Source: Pseudomonadota bacterium (lineage in GTDB: Bacteria; Bdellovibrionota; FAC87; UBA2466). From it: a DNA stretch of 17,225 bases. Shown here piece by piece: positions 7,562-15,715 of the stretch (positions are counted from its first letter, which is position 1; each line of letters opens with the position of its first letter). The stretch is taken from positions 1 through 17,225 of the forward strand of contig JAYUGC010000025.1 in the NCBI GenBank assembly GCA_043767805.1. The letters run 5' to 3'. Below the pieces are notes generated by a model. The model ran no database searches. It was not told the origin of the DNA and saw only the letters and a list, made by a program, of their open reading frames with translations. The translations under genes and the position numbers were made by a program.

Positions 7562-7962
7562 GATTGTTTTCCTCTTGAATCGATTACCTTACGGATAGCT
7601 TCGAGATCGGAATCCGATAGTCCGCCGAGGTCGAGCAGCGTCCGGACCATGGCGGAAGGAGTGCCGTCGAAGACTTTCTCCACGAGATCCTCGACCGAGA
7701 CTTTCCCGTACGCTTCGCGATCCAAAACCGGAAGGTAGAGATGGCCGCGGCCAGCTTTGCGGGTCGCGACCATACCTTTTTGCTCAAGGATGCGAAGCAT
7801 GGTCGAGACCGAGGTGTAAGCGAGCTTGCGATCGGAAGGCAGACGGGCCAAGACGTCGGTAACCGATCCTTCCCCCAGGGTCCAAAGGACCCGCATCATC
7901 TCTAGTTCCACTTCGGTGAGTAACTTTCGGCCTTTTTCGGGCGGCTTCTTTCGCAACGTCAT
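7558..7962 (-). CDS. BlaI/MecI/CopY-family transcriptional repressor
   Basis: LTEVELEMMRVLWTLGEGSVTDV..LAYTSVSTMLRILEQKG..GRGHLYLP..VEKVFDG. Stop overlaps the M56 gene start (ATGA). Confidence 0.93.
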   Translation of the reverse strand: MTLRKKPPEKGRKLLTEVELEMMRVLWTLGEGSVTDVLARLPSDRKLAYTSVSTMLRILEQKGMVATRKAGRGHLYLPVLDREAYGKVSVEDLVEKVFDGTPSAMVRTLLDLGGLSDSDLEAIRKVIDSRGKQS

Positions 7963-7985
7963 GAATCAACCTCTCCCCAAACACT

Positions 7986-8024
7986 AACTAAGGTTTTAGT
8001 TGCTAGCAACTAAATTATTAGTTG
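7986..8024. promoter_or_regulatory. Two tandem BlaI-type palindromic operators
   Basis: AACTAA-GGTT-TTAGTT (7986-8001) and CAACTAA-ATTA-TTAGTTG (8007-8024), centres 22 bp apart, upstream of the GGGGAGAGG RBS of the repressor gene. Confidence 0.78.
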
Positions 8025-8103
8025 TTCAGTGAAGCATCGCGATATCGTCTCATTCGGGATGGACGGAGGCTTGGGTGGGGTGGTATCTAACTTTGTTCCA
8101 AAC

Positions 8104-8193
8104 GGAGAGGTGGCCGAGCGGTTGAAGGCGCACGCCTGGAACGCGTGTGGTGGCGAAAGCTTCCCGTGAGTTCGAATCTCACCCTCTCCGCCA
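8104..8193 (+). tRNA. tRNA-Ser(GGA)
   Basis: GGAGAGGTGGCCGAGCGGTTGAAGGCG-CACGC-CTGGAAC-GCGTG, long variable arm, GTGAGTTCGAATCTCAC-CCTCTCC-G-CCA. Confidence 0.97.
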
Positions 8194-8271
8194 TTTTTTC
8201 CCCAAGGGAAAAAATAATCTAATCTCTGATCTCCTTTTTCTGATCTCTGCTCTTTCCCACCCCCCACACCG

Positions 8272-8571
8272 CTACTCAATCAGGAAATCCGTCATCTCTT
8301 CTCCACCGTCCAACAGCTTCGGACTATCGACGGAAACCGAGTAGCCCCATTCCGCGATGTCTTTTGCATACGCGAGCCAAGCCTTTCGATCAAAGGTGGC
8401 GAGCCGGGCCGTTACCTCTTTTGAGCCCTCCACCTCAGCGACAGCCAGTCTAAAATAAGAGAAGAGGCAGAGAGCCTCCTTACTCTTCGGCTCGTCGCCA
8501 GCAGGAAAGGCTCTCGACGCAAGAAATAGGGCAATCCATCCTAGCCAAATAGCTAAGCGCAACAGAGGCAT
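8272..8571 (-). CDS. Small hypothetical exported protein (possibly truncated)
   Basis: 99 aa with a signal-peptide-like N-terminus (MPLLRLAIWLGWIALFLASRA) and no recognised domain. Confidence 0.4.
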   Translation of the reverse strand: MPLLRLAIWLGWIALFLASRAFPAGDEPKSKEALCLFSYFRLAVAEVEGSKEVTARLATFDRKAWLAYAKDIAEWGYSVSVDSPKLLDGGEEMTDFLIE

Positions 8572-8779
8572 CGTTCCAGCATATCAGCCGCAGTAGCAAT
8601 CGTACCGCATTGAAGATTTCTTAAACCATGCCCCACCGAGTAAACGATCCCCCGTTTAGTTTTTCCTCGCCAGAAAAATAAACTAACCTTTCGAATCTTT
8701 TCACTTAATTCTTAACCGTAGCGGGGCTTGTTTGCGCTCCCGGTCAACGTCTACAAAGAAAGGACAGCAGTGGGGGTGT

Positions 8780-9922
8780 ATGCATCAGACGAACGATGAC
8801 GTCGCAGACGTACGGCATTTGACCGCGCTCGGAAAAACCATCTTCGAAGCTCAGACTAAAATTTTTGAACGTTGGCAAAAAAACGTTCGTCGGGAAATTT
8901 TCGAAGACAAGAACTGCGCGCAACCTACTTTGGTGGACACCCTTCCGGCTTTCATCTCGAGACTCACGCAGGCTTTGACGCCGAGTTACCCGAGATTGGC
9001 TTCCCCGGACTCGGTCGCCGTCCTGCAGGACGAAGGATCTGAAAAACCCAGACTTCCCAACTACTGTATTGAAAATATGGTGCGGGAGTATCAGCTTCTT
9101 CGCGCGGTGCTTTACGATTTTCTGGCGGAGCAAAACATCGACCCTTCACGCGAGGAAAACAGAATCATCCATGGCTTCATAGATGGCGCTATTCACGAGG
9201 CGATTGCGAGTTACGCAAAAGTTCGCTCCGATGTCCGCGAAAAATTCATCACGACGCTTTCGCATGATCTCAAGAATCCCCTGAAGGCGGCGCAGATGGC
9301 GACGCAAATGATCCTGAGACGCCCGGCCGATCCTCAAGTGCCCGAGCTGGCCAATCGAGTCATTCAGAACCACAAGAGAATGGAACGGATGATTCAAGAC
9401 TTGCTCGATACGGCGCTCGTCCGTTCGGGAGGCCGCTTGCGGCTGGAAATCCACGAATGCGACATGCTTCACCTCATCGAGGATTGTCTTTCGCAAGCGA
9501 TTATGTGTTACGGCGACCGGTTCGTGCTGGACGGTAGCTCTTGTGTGGGATTTTGGGACACAGACACGCTGAAGCGGGCATTCGAAAATCTCATCGGAAA
9601 CGCCATTAAATATGGCGACCCGAGAAAGGCCATCCTCGTTGCCGTTCACAGCAATCCAGGACGGGTCGTCGTCTCTTTTCATAATGAGGGATCCGTCGTC
9701 CCGCTGGAAGACCAAGCGGGCATTTTCCAAATGTATCGCCGTACGCGAGCCGCAAAATATAATTTCCAAGGCTGGGGGGTGGGCTTGGCTCTCGTGCGCG
9801 GAGTCGCCGAGAGTCACGGGGGAACCGTCCAGCTGGAAAGTTCCGAAGAGCGAGGCACGACGTTCACCCTCGATCTGCCCCTCGATGCGAGACCCTTCAC
9901 GGACACCCTCGCGACCAATTAG
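8780..9922 (+). CDS. Cytoplasmic sensor histidine kinase (RsbRD-N-like domain + HisKA + HATPase), paralogue 1
   Basis: H-box TLSHDLKNPL, N-box NLIGNAIKYG, HNEG, G2 GWGVGLALV. ATG at 8780 chosen by alignment with paralogue 2. No TM segment. Confidence 0.9.
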   Translation: MHQTNDDVADVRHLTALGKTIFEAQTKIFERWQKNVRREIFEDKNCAQPTLVDTLPAFISRLTQALTPSYPRLASPDSVAVLQDEGSEKPRLPNYCIENMVREYQLLRAVLYDFLAEQNIDPSREENRIIHGFIDGAIHEAIASYAKVRSDVREKFITTLSHDLKNPLKAAQMATQMILRRPADPQVPELANRVIQNHKRMERMIQDLLDTALVRSGGRLRLEIHECDMLHLIEDCLSQAIMCYGDRFVLDGSSCVGFWDTDTLKRAFENLIGNAIKYGDPRKAILVAVHSNPGRVVVSFHNEGSVVPLEDQAGIFQMYRRTRAAKYNFQGWGVGLALVRGVAESHGGTVQLESSEERGTTFTLDLPLDARPFTDTLATN

Positions 9923-10073
9923 AGCTCTGCGACGAGCCTAGTGCTCAGCGGAGCGGCTGTGGTCGCTGCGTTAACACATGCCGCCATCGACTTTCCCGGT
10001 GGTTTAGCTATTGTCAAAATGAGTCCCATAACAAAGCACGATGACTGAGCCTGACGAACGGGAGTGAACTCGC

Positions 10074-11219
10074 ATGGCACAAGGAACAGACGGCCTAACC
10101 GACCTAACTAAGCTTTCCGTCATTGGCCGAAAAATCGTCGAACAAAGACATCTTGTTTTTGAGCGCTGGGAGAAGATAGTTCGCCATGAGATCGAGCAGG
10201 CGAAGGGGGTCAGTCACCCCATCTTAATCGACACCCTCCCCGCGTTCATGACCAATCTCGGTGAGTCGATCTCGCCTAATTACTCCCGGGACACGGCAAT
10301 CACGGCTACGAACGTGGCGCAGGAGCATGGAGGCGAAAGAGCAAGGCTTACCCACTATAACGTCGAGAACATCGTGCGTGAGTACCAGATTCTTAGAACG
10401 GTCATCTGCGATGTGCTGAACGAAGAGGGAACGACGCCAACCCACGAAGAGATCCGCATCATCCATACCCATATCGATGACGCCATTCACGACGCCATAG
10501 TCGGATTTGCCATCGTCCAAACGGACATTAAGGAAAAATTCACGGCGACACTGTCCCATGACTTAAGAAATCCGCTGAGCGCTGCCCAGATGGGCGCGCA
10601 GATGATCTTACGCGGGCCCGAGCACTCCGGCTGTACCGTCCAAGCCGGCCGCATCATCGAAAATTTAAGACGAATGGATCGGATGATTCAGGACTTACTA
10701 GATTCGACGATAATCCGCTCGGGCGGCCGCTTGAATCTCGATATTTCCGAAACCGACATGCTGAAAATCGTCCAAAGTTGCGTCGCTGAGGCAACGCTCC
10801 TTCACGGGGACCGCTTTAAAATCGTAGGAAGTTCCTGCAAGGGCTTCTGGGACGGCGATGCGCTCACCCGCGCCTTCGAAAACTGCATCGGAAACGCCGT
10901 AAAGTATGGGGATTCAGTCAAGCCCATCGAGTTCAAGATACACGCCGAGCACGGAAGAATTTTTATCTCTATCCACAACGAGGGACTTCCGATCCCCCTC
11001 GACGATCAAGAGGGCATTTTCCAAATTTTTCGCCGAGCCTCTGCCGCCAGACAAGGGTCGAAGAAAGGCTGGGGAGTTGGCTTGGCTTTGGTAAGAGGTG
11101 TGGCCGAGAGCCACGGGGGTAGCGTTATATTGGATAGCTCACCGGAGCACGGAACCACCTTCACCATCGACATTCCAGTGGATGCCCGCCCCTTTTTCGA
11201 CGCCCCCGCCTCGATTTAG
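10074..11219 (+). CDS. Cytoplasmic sensor histidine kinase, paralogue 2
   Basis: AQEHGGERAR N-terminal motif, TLSHDLRNPL, NCIGNAVKYG, HNEG, GWGVGLALVRGVAESHGG. GGGAG RBS. Confidence 0.92.
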   Translation: MAQGTDGLTDLTKLSVIGRKIVEQRHLVFERWEKIVRHEIEQAKGVSHPILIDTLPAFMTNLGESISPNYSRDTAITATNVAQEHGGERARLTHYNVENIVREYQILRTVICDVLNEEGTTPTHEEIRIIHTHIDDAIHDAIVGFAIVQTDIKEKFTATLSHDLRNPLSAAQMGAQMILRGPEHSGCTVQAGRIIENLRRMDRMIQDLLDSTIIRSGGRLNLDISETDMLKIVQSCVAEATLLHGDRFKIVGSSCKGFWDGDALTRAFENCIGNAVKYGDSVKPIEFKIHAEHGRIFISIHNEGLPIPLDDQEGIFQIFRRASAARQGSKKGWGVGLALVRGVAESHGGSVILDSSPEHGTTFTIDIPVDARPFFDAPASI

Positions 11220-11716
11220 AGCTTCTTAAAATCCCGAATCTCCCACTCCATCGCCGAGCGGCGGATGCCCGAGACTTGACGCAGATAGCGAGTGGGAACG
11301 CCCGTAATGGCATCGAACGACGCATCTTCGAAAACATCTTCGGGATCATTTACCCCAAACACGCGCTGAGGCGAGTGAGCGTTCGCGAGCTCTTCTTCCA
11401 AGACGTTGAACATGCCGTCCACAGACCAATAAGCCCAAACCCGCTCGGGCGCATCGAGCCCATCGGTGCGCATGCGCACGACCTTCCCGGACTGAACTTC
11501 TACCTCGTGCACGTGCTTTTCCGTGCCCAGCACGACCACTTTCATGCTGTAGTCCTTAATCACGCTTTGGGCCCATCGTAAGCGGGCGCTAGAGAGCGAG
11601 GTATTGGTGAGCCGCGGGCTTCGCGAACGGCCGGTGAACTGCCACACCGCCAGCGCGCCGAGAGCCGCGGAGACGATGACGAGCCAGACGAGACCAGGAC
11701 GTTTTTGCAATTCCAT
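11216..11716 (-). CDS. Membrane-anchored DUF6174-like protein
   Basis: N-terminal TM helix and the pattern LSSARLRWAQ..KDYSMKV..EVQSGKVV..SVDGMFNVLE..FDAITGVP. Stop overlaps the convergent kinase stop. Confidence 0.7.
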   Translation of the reverse strand: MELQKRPGLVWLVIVSAALGALAVWQFTGRSRSPRLTNTSLSSARLRWAQSVIKDYSMKVVVLGTEKHVHEVEVQSGKVVRMRTDGLDAPERVWAYWSVDGMFNVLEEELANAHSPQRVFGVNDPEDVFEDASFDAITGVPTRYLRQVSGIRRSAMEWEIRDFKKL

Positions 11717-11777
11717 TCCCTAAGGCTTATCACACGGCCATTTGACATTCGACGGGTGATCCCGAAACTTGGGGCTC

Positions 11778-12335
11778 ATGAACCTTCACGAGCTTTTCTC
11801 CAGCCGGCGCACCGTACATAAGTTCAAGGCCGGGCCAGTGCCTAAAGCTGTCGTCGATAGAGCCTTTGAGGCCGCGCACTGGGCGCCCAATCATAAACTC
11901 ACCTTCCCCTGGCGTTTTACGGTCGTTGGCCCCGAGACGAGACGCGCCTTCGCGCACACGGGAATAGGTCTCAAAGAGCAAAAGGGCGGGCCGCTGGCTC
12001 CCGAGGCAAAGCTCGGCATCGAGAAAGGCTTTCTGACGCCTGGCCTTCTCATCGCCGTAAGCTGCCTGATAGGTCCGGATCCGATGCGCGCCCGCGAGGA
12101 TTACGCCGCCGTTTCCTGCGCCATCCAAAACCTGATGCTCTCCTTTTGGGAAGCGGGCTTCGGATCGAAGTGGGGAACGGGCGCCGTCACGCGCCATCCC
12201 AGCACCTACGAACGGCTCGGCATCGATCCCAAAAAAGAGGAAGTCGTCGCCTTTCTCTATGTCGGCGTGCCCGAGATCGTGCCGCCCGCGCCGCCTCGGC
12301 CACCCGCGCGCGATTTCGTGCGCGAAGTGGGTTAA
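11778..12335 (+). CDS. Nitroreductase family protein (YdjA-like)
   Basis: SRRTVHKF, AAHWAPNHKLTFPWRF, EDYAAVSCAIQNLML, GFGSKWGTG, FLYVG. Confidence 0.9.
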   Translation: MNLHELFSSRRTVHKFKAGPVPKAVVDRAFEAAHWAPNHKLTFPWRFTVVGPETRRAFAHTGIGLKEQKGGPLAPEAKLGIEKGFLTPGLLIAVSCLIGPDPMRAREDYAAVSCAIQNLMLSFWEAGFGSKWGTGAVTRHPSTYERLGIDPKKEEVVAFLYVGVPEIVPPAPPRPPARDFVREVG

Positions 12336-12344
12336 CCTAATCGG

Positions 12345-13991
12345 GTGATTGCCCTCCTCCACGGCTACTTTTTAGATGGATCAGGAAGCGGCGTTTGGAC
12401 CCGCCAAATGGTGGAGGCGCTGTGTAAGCGCGGCGAAGACGTTTTACTCCTCTGCCAGGACCCGCGTTTTGATAAGTACGCGTTCGTTTCCCGCGCCTAC
12501 CGGTACGATAAGAGCGGCCGGCGCCATCTCGAGCTCGATCGGCCGAGCCGCTTTCGCGGCAAATGCCATCTCCATAAGATTTTCATCGGCCATCGCCTTC
12601 CCGTTTTCGTGGAAGACGCGTACGAAGGTTTTTTGACGAGCGTTCCCGTCATCGACATGAAAGAGGAGGAATGGGATGCCTACATCGACGCGCATCTCAA
12701 AATCATTCCCGATCTGATCAAAGAGTACGGCGTCGATTGCCTCGTCGTAAATCACGCCGCCCTTCTGTCGGTCGTCGGGCAAAAATTAAAAGCATCGATG
12801 GGCCTCCCTTACGCCGTCATTCCGCACGGAAGTGACTTGGAATACGCGGTAAGAAGAGATCCGCGTCTCCATAAGCGCACAGAGTCCGCTCTCGCCGAAG
12901 CGTCTCGCCTTTTTGTCGTGAGCCCCGAAATCCGCGAGCGGCTGAAAGAGGTTTATCCCAATCGTCCGGAGCTTTTGGCAAAGATGGATACGCTTTCCAT
13001 CGGAGTCGATACAACTCTGTTTCATCCCGTGCCAAAAAACGAAAAAGCGGATTCTTTTCAAAGTTTGGCGACCGACCTCGCTCGTCTCCCGACCGGCAAG
13101 GAACCCTCCCTTGAAAGAACGGCCCAAAGCTTGTTCTCGCAACTTCCCAAGCCCGAACGCTACTTGGGTTGGCTACGAGGCGCGGGGGCTTACGATGGCA
13201 AACGTCTTGAAAAAGGCGCCGTCGAAAATCTTTCCAAAATCGGCTGGGGCAAAGTTCCCGTCGCGGCCTTCGTTGGCCGGCTCATTGCCGCGAAGGGTTT
13301 GCAGAACCTAGTAGCAACCATGCCGTTTTTATGGCGCGAAGCCCCTCACCTTTATATAGCGGTCGTCGGGCATGGACCGCTCCGGGAAGTGGCCGAGCTT
13401 TTGCTCGCCGCACTAAAAACCGGAAACGTCCCTTGGGCGGAAGCCATCGCGCAATGGGGCAGTCCCACCGAAGGTGAGTCCGGACAAAGGTACTTCGGCG
13501 TGAGTGATTACTTTCAAATGCTTAAAAACACGCGGCGCTGGAACGACTACTGGCACGCCGCGAGCGAGATGCCCGTCGATAGATGGTGCTTCACCGGCTA
13601 TCTCGATCATGACGCTCTGGCCCGGCTCCTGCCTTTAACCGACTGCGCCCTTTTTCCCTCGGTGGTTCCCGAAGCTGGTCCCATGGTCTTACTTGAAGCG
13701 GCGAGCTGCGGAAGCTTTCCCATGGGCACGAACGTTGCCGGCATGGCTCACAATCTGACTCGTCTCTTCGAAGGCTTAGGGCCGGAGTACCCATCCGCCG
13801 CCCGCTTGCCGGCGAATGCCGCGAGGGCAATCGAGCGCATTGCCGTGCAGGTGCCCCAAGCCCTGGAGCTGGGGCCCACCGCTTCCTCCATCCTACGCGC
13901 CAATTGTGTGCGCAATTTCGACTGGAATAGTTTGGCTACCCGTCTACTTGATTCCCTCGTGACTACTCGCCAGGCGCGCGCCGCCAGATAG
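12345..13991 (+). CDS. Glycosyltransferase family 4 (GT-B)
   Basis: GSGSGVW N-terminal loop, IPHGSD, GVDTTLFHP, FVGRLIAAKG, FTGYLDH, E-x7-E motif EAGPMVLLEAASCG. Starts 9 nt after the nitroreductase. Confidence 0.9.
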   Translation: MIALLHGYFLDGSGSGVWTRQMVEALCKRGEDVLLLCQDPRFDKYAFVSRAYRYDKSGRRHLELDRPSRFRGKCHLHKIFIGHRLPVFVEDAYEGFLTSVPVIDMKEEEWDAYIDAHLKIIPDLIKEYGVDCLVVNHAALLSVVGQKLKASMGLPYAVIPHGSDLEYAVRRDPRLHKRTESALAEASRLFVVSPEIRERLKEVYPNRPELLAKMDTLSIGVDTTLFHPVPKNEKADSFQSLATDLARLPTGKEPSLERTAQSLFSQLPKPERYLGWLRGAGAYDGKRLEKGAVENLSKIGWGKVPVAAFVGRLIAAKGLQNLVATMPFLWREAPHLYIAVVGHGPLREVAELLLAALKTGNVPWAEAIAQWGSPTEGESGQRYFGVSDYFQMLKNTRRWNDYWHAASEMPVDRWCFTGYLDHDALARLLPLTDCALFPSVVPEAGPMVLLEAASCGSFPMGTNVAGMAHNLTRLFEGLGPEYPSAARLPANAARAIERIAVQVPQALELGPTASSILRANCVRNFDWNSLATRLLDSLVTTRQARAAR

Positions 13992-14084
13992 CTTGCCGCG
14001 CTCGTACAACTTTCGACTATTCAGATAGCCACGCAATTGCCCTTCAATCTGTTTCCTCAATAAGTAGAACTTTCTACGTTTCGC

Positions 14085-14112
14085 TAAACTTCGCTCCATC
14101 TTCGGTCGATAA
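14085..14112 (+). promoter_or_regulatory. Putative sigma28 (FliA) promoter
   Basis: TAAA-16 nt-GTCGATAA, about 58 nt upstream of the LysM gene ATG; GGAGG RBS present. Confidence 0.5.
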
Positions 14113-14170
14113 GCTTTAAGAGAAACGGGATTTCCCTTTATTTTTTTTCGGTTCCCCGGAGGCTACGGAT

Positions 14171-15475
14171 ATGAATGACGCGAAACTTAAGAACCTAGCT
14201 CTAGCGGCGGTAATCGGGCTCTTCGTAGGAGCCTGCGCCCATCAAGAGAGCAATCAGATTTCTGGCATGGAAAACGACGAAGGCGCCGCTTCCGCGGAAA
14301 CCGCCTCCTTGGGAGACTCCTTAGGAGATACGGGTACTTCTTCGAACGGAGAAGTTCCCTCCGAAATGGCGCCGCTTCCCGCATCTTCTACGGAAGGCGG
14401 AACGCAGGCTTCAACGGAAACCATGGACAACTTGGCCGGAGTCGCTTCCACGGAGGCGATGCCGACCGAAAACATTTCTCCCGAAGGCCCTTCCGCTGAA
14501 GTAGCCGCCGCCGCGAGCCCTGAAGCCCCGGCGACCTTGGAACCCACCTTAGTGGGTGCCGCTCCGGAAGCCTCCACGGCGGAAGCGCCGAAAGCGAAGG
14601 CCAAAGTCGCTAGCGCCAAGCCCCGCAAGGCCAGCCGCGCTCTCGTTCTGCCGAACGCTCCGGTCGAGCGCAAAGACGAATTGCTCAACCGCTTCTACAT
14701 TGCCCGTCCTTCCGATTCGGCCGAGAAACTTTCCGAGCTGATGTACGGCAACAAAGAAAAGGCGAGCGAGCTCAAAGCGTGGAACCCGGGCTCTTGGAAG
14801 ACCGGAAGCCTCATTTACTATCTTTCTCCTTTGCAGCCGGCTGACGGCGAAATGCGCTCCTTCTATACGGAACGCGGCATGGTGCCCACCGAGTACGAAG
14901 TGAAGCGCGGGGATACTCTCGCCACGATCGCGTTGGCTACCTACGGATCGAAAGACAGCTGGAAGGAAATCGGGCTACTCAACAATATTCAATCGCCCGA
15001 CAGCGTTGAACCGGGTCGTCGGATTGCCCTCTTCCCGTCCAACCTGAGTGGCTATTCATTGAAGCTCGAGACGACGAAGAGCGCGGTCAACACCGCCCCT
15101 CTCGACAAGCAGATTGACTCTCTTGAGAGCCAAATCAGCAAGCTCGAAGCCGATATCAAGAAGGAAGCTCCAGCCTCCCCGGTGGTTGCCGCCGATAACG
15201 ACAAAGGCGCTTTCGAAGCGGGTGTCGTCGGTTCGAAGCCCCTCATCGGCGACGGCGAGCACAAAGACTTGGCTGCCATCGGCCGCGAACGTCAAAAAGG
15301 ACGCGTGACCAACGGTGGCGCGGACGAAGACGGCGAAGCGGACTTGGCCTCGAGCGAAGTGGCTTCGTTCTTCAAGTCGAACCTAACCATGATTCTCGGA
15401 CTCGTCCTGGCCTTCGCGGCCTTGGGCATCTTCATGTTCGTCCGCCGCTCGCGCAACGAGCACGGCGACGTCTAA
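14171..15475 (+). CDS. LysM-domain lipoprotein with a C-terminal membrane helix
   Basis: Lipobox LFVGA-C, Ala/Glu/Ser/Pro-rich linker, LysM YEVKRGDTLATIALATYGSKDSWKEIGLLNNIQSPDSVEPGRRI plus a degenerate LysM (YIARPSDSAEKLSELMYG), coiled coil, and TM MILGLVLAFAALGIFMFV-RRSR. Confidence 0.88.
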   Translation: MNDAKLKNLALAAVIGLFVGACAHQESNQISGMENDEGAASAETASLGDSLGDTGTSSNGEVPSEMAPLPASSTEGGTQASTETMDNLAGVASTEAMPTENISPEGPSAEVAAAASPEAPATLEPTLVGAAPEASTAEAPKAKAKVASAKPRKASRALVLPNAPVERKDELLNRFYIARPSDSAEKLSELMYGNKEKASELKAWNPGSWKTGSLIYYLSPLQPADGEMRSFYTERGMVPTEYEVKRGDTLATIALATYGSKDSWKEIGLLNNIQSPDSVEPGRRIALFPSNLSGYSLKLETTKSAVNTAPLDKQIDSLESQISKLEADIKKEAPASPVVAADNDKGAFEAGVVGSKPLIGDGEHKDLAAIGRERQKGRVTNGGADEDGEADLASSEVASFFKSNLTMILGLVLAFAALGIFMFVRRSRNEHGDV

Positions 15476-15580
15476 ACACAAATTAGGTCCTTGCGGGGAG
15501 GCGTAAGCGCCCGCCCGCGAGGCACCTTAAAGGTTTCTCTTCCCACTGCCGCAAAAGGCAATCGGAAACAGAAATACGGC

Positions 15581-15620
15581 AAAGGCTAAAGAGCTCCGGC
15601 TCTTTGGCCTTTTGTTTTTG
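15581..15620 (+). terminator. Rho-independent terminator
   Basis: AAAGGCTAAAGAGC-TCCG-GCTCTTTGGCCTTT followed by TGTTTTTG. Confidence 0.8.
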
Positions 15621-15715
15621 TGGGGCCTCCGAAACTTCGCACGTATCTTATAAGGTACCGTTTAAGATACCGCGGTGAGCTTGGCGGGGGATCGGAGGCA
15701 GCCCATAATTAGGGA

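Noticed and set aside
8010..8344. ORFs 8010..8279(-) and 8147..8344(+)
   Set aside because: They overlap tRNA-Ser(GGA) and are spurious.
8194..11219. Possible island integrated at tRNA-Ser(GGA)
   Set aside because: No downstream copy of the tRNA 3' end and no integrase seen.
6734..13830. Long alternative-frame or antisense ORFs (e.g. 6834..7550, 9146..9817, 11730..12362)
   Set aside because: Fully overlap well-supported genes in GC-rich DNA and show no recognisable motifs.
11778..13991. Nitroreductase + GT4 as a dedicated biosynthetic or detoxification system
   Set aside because: Likely co-transcribed, but nothing in the sequence supports a shared pathway.
15541..15620. c-di-GMP-I or cobalamin riboswitch
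   Set aside because: The conserved cores of these families could not be laid on the sequence; only generic hairpins and a terminator are supported.
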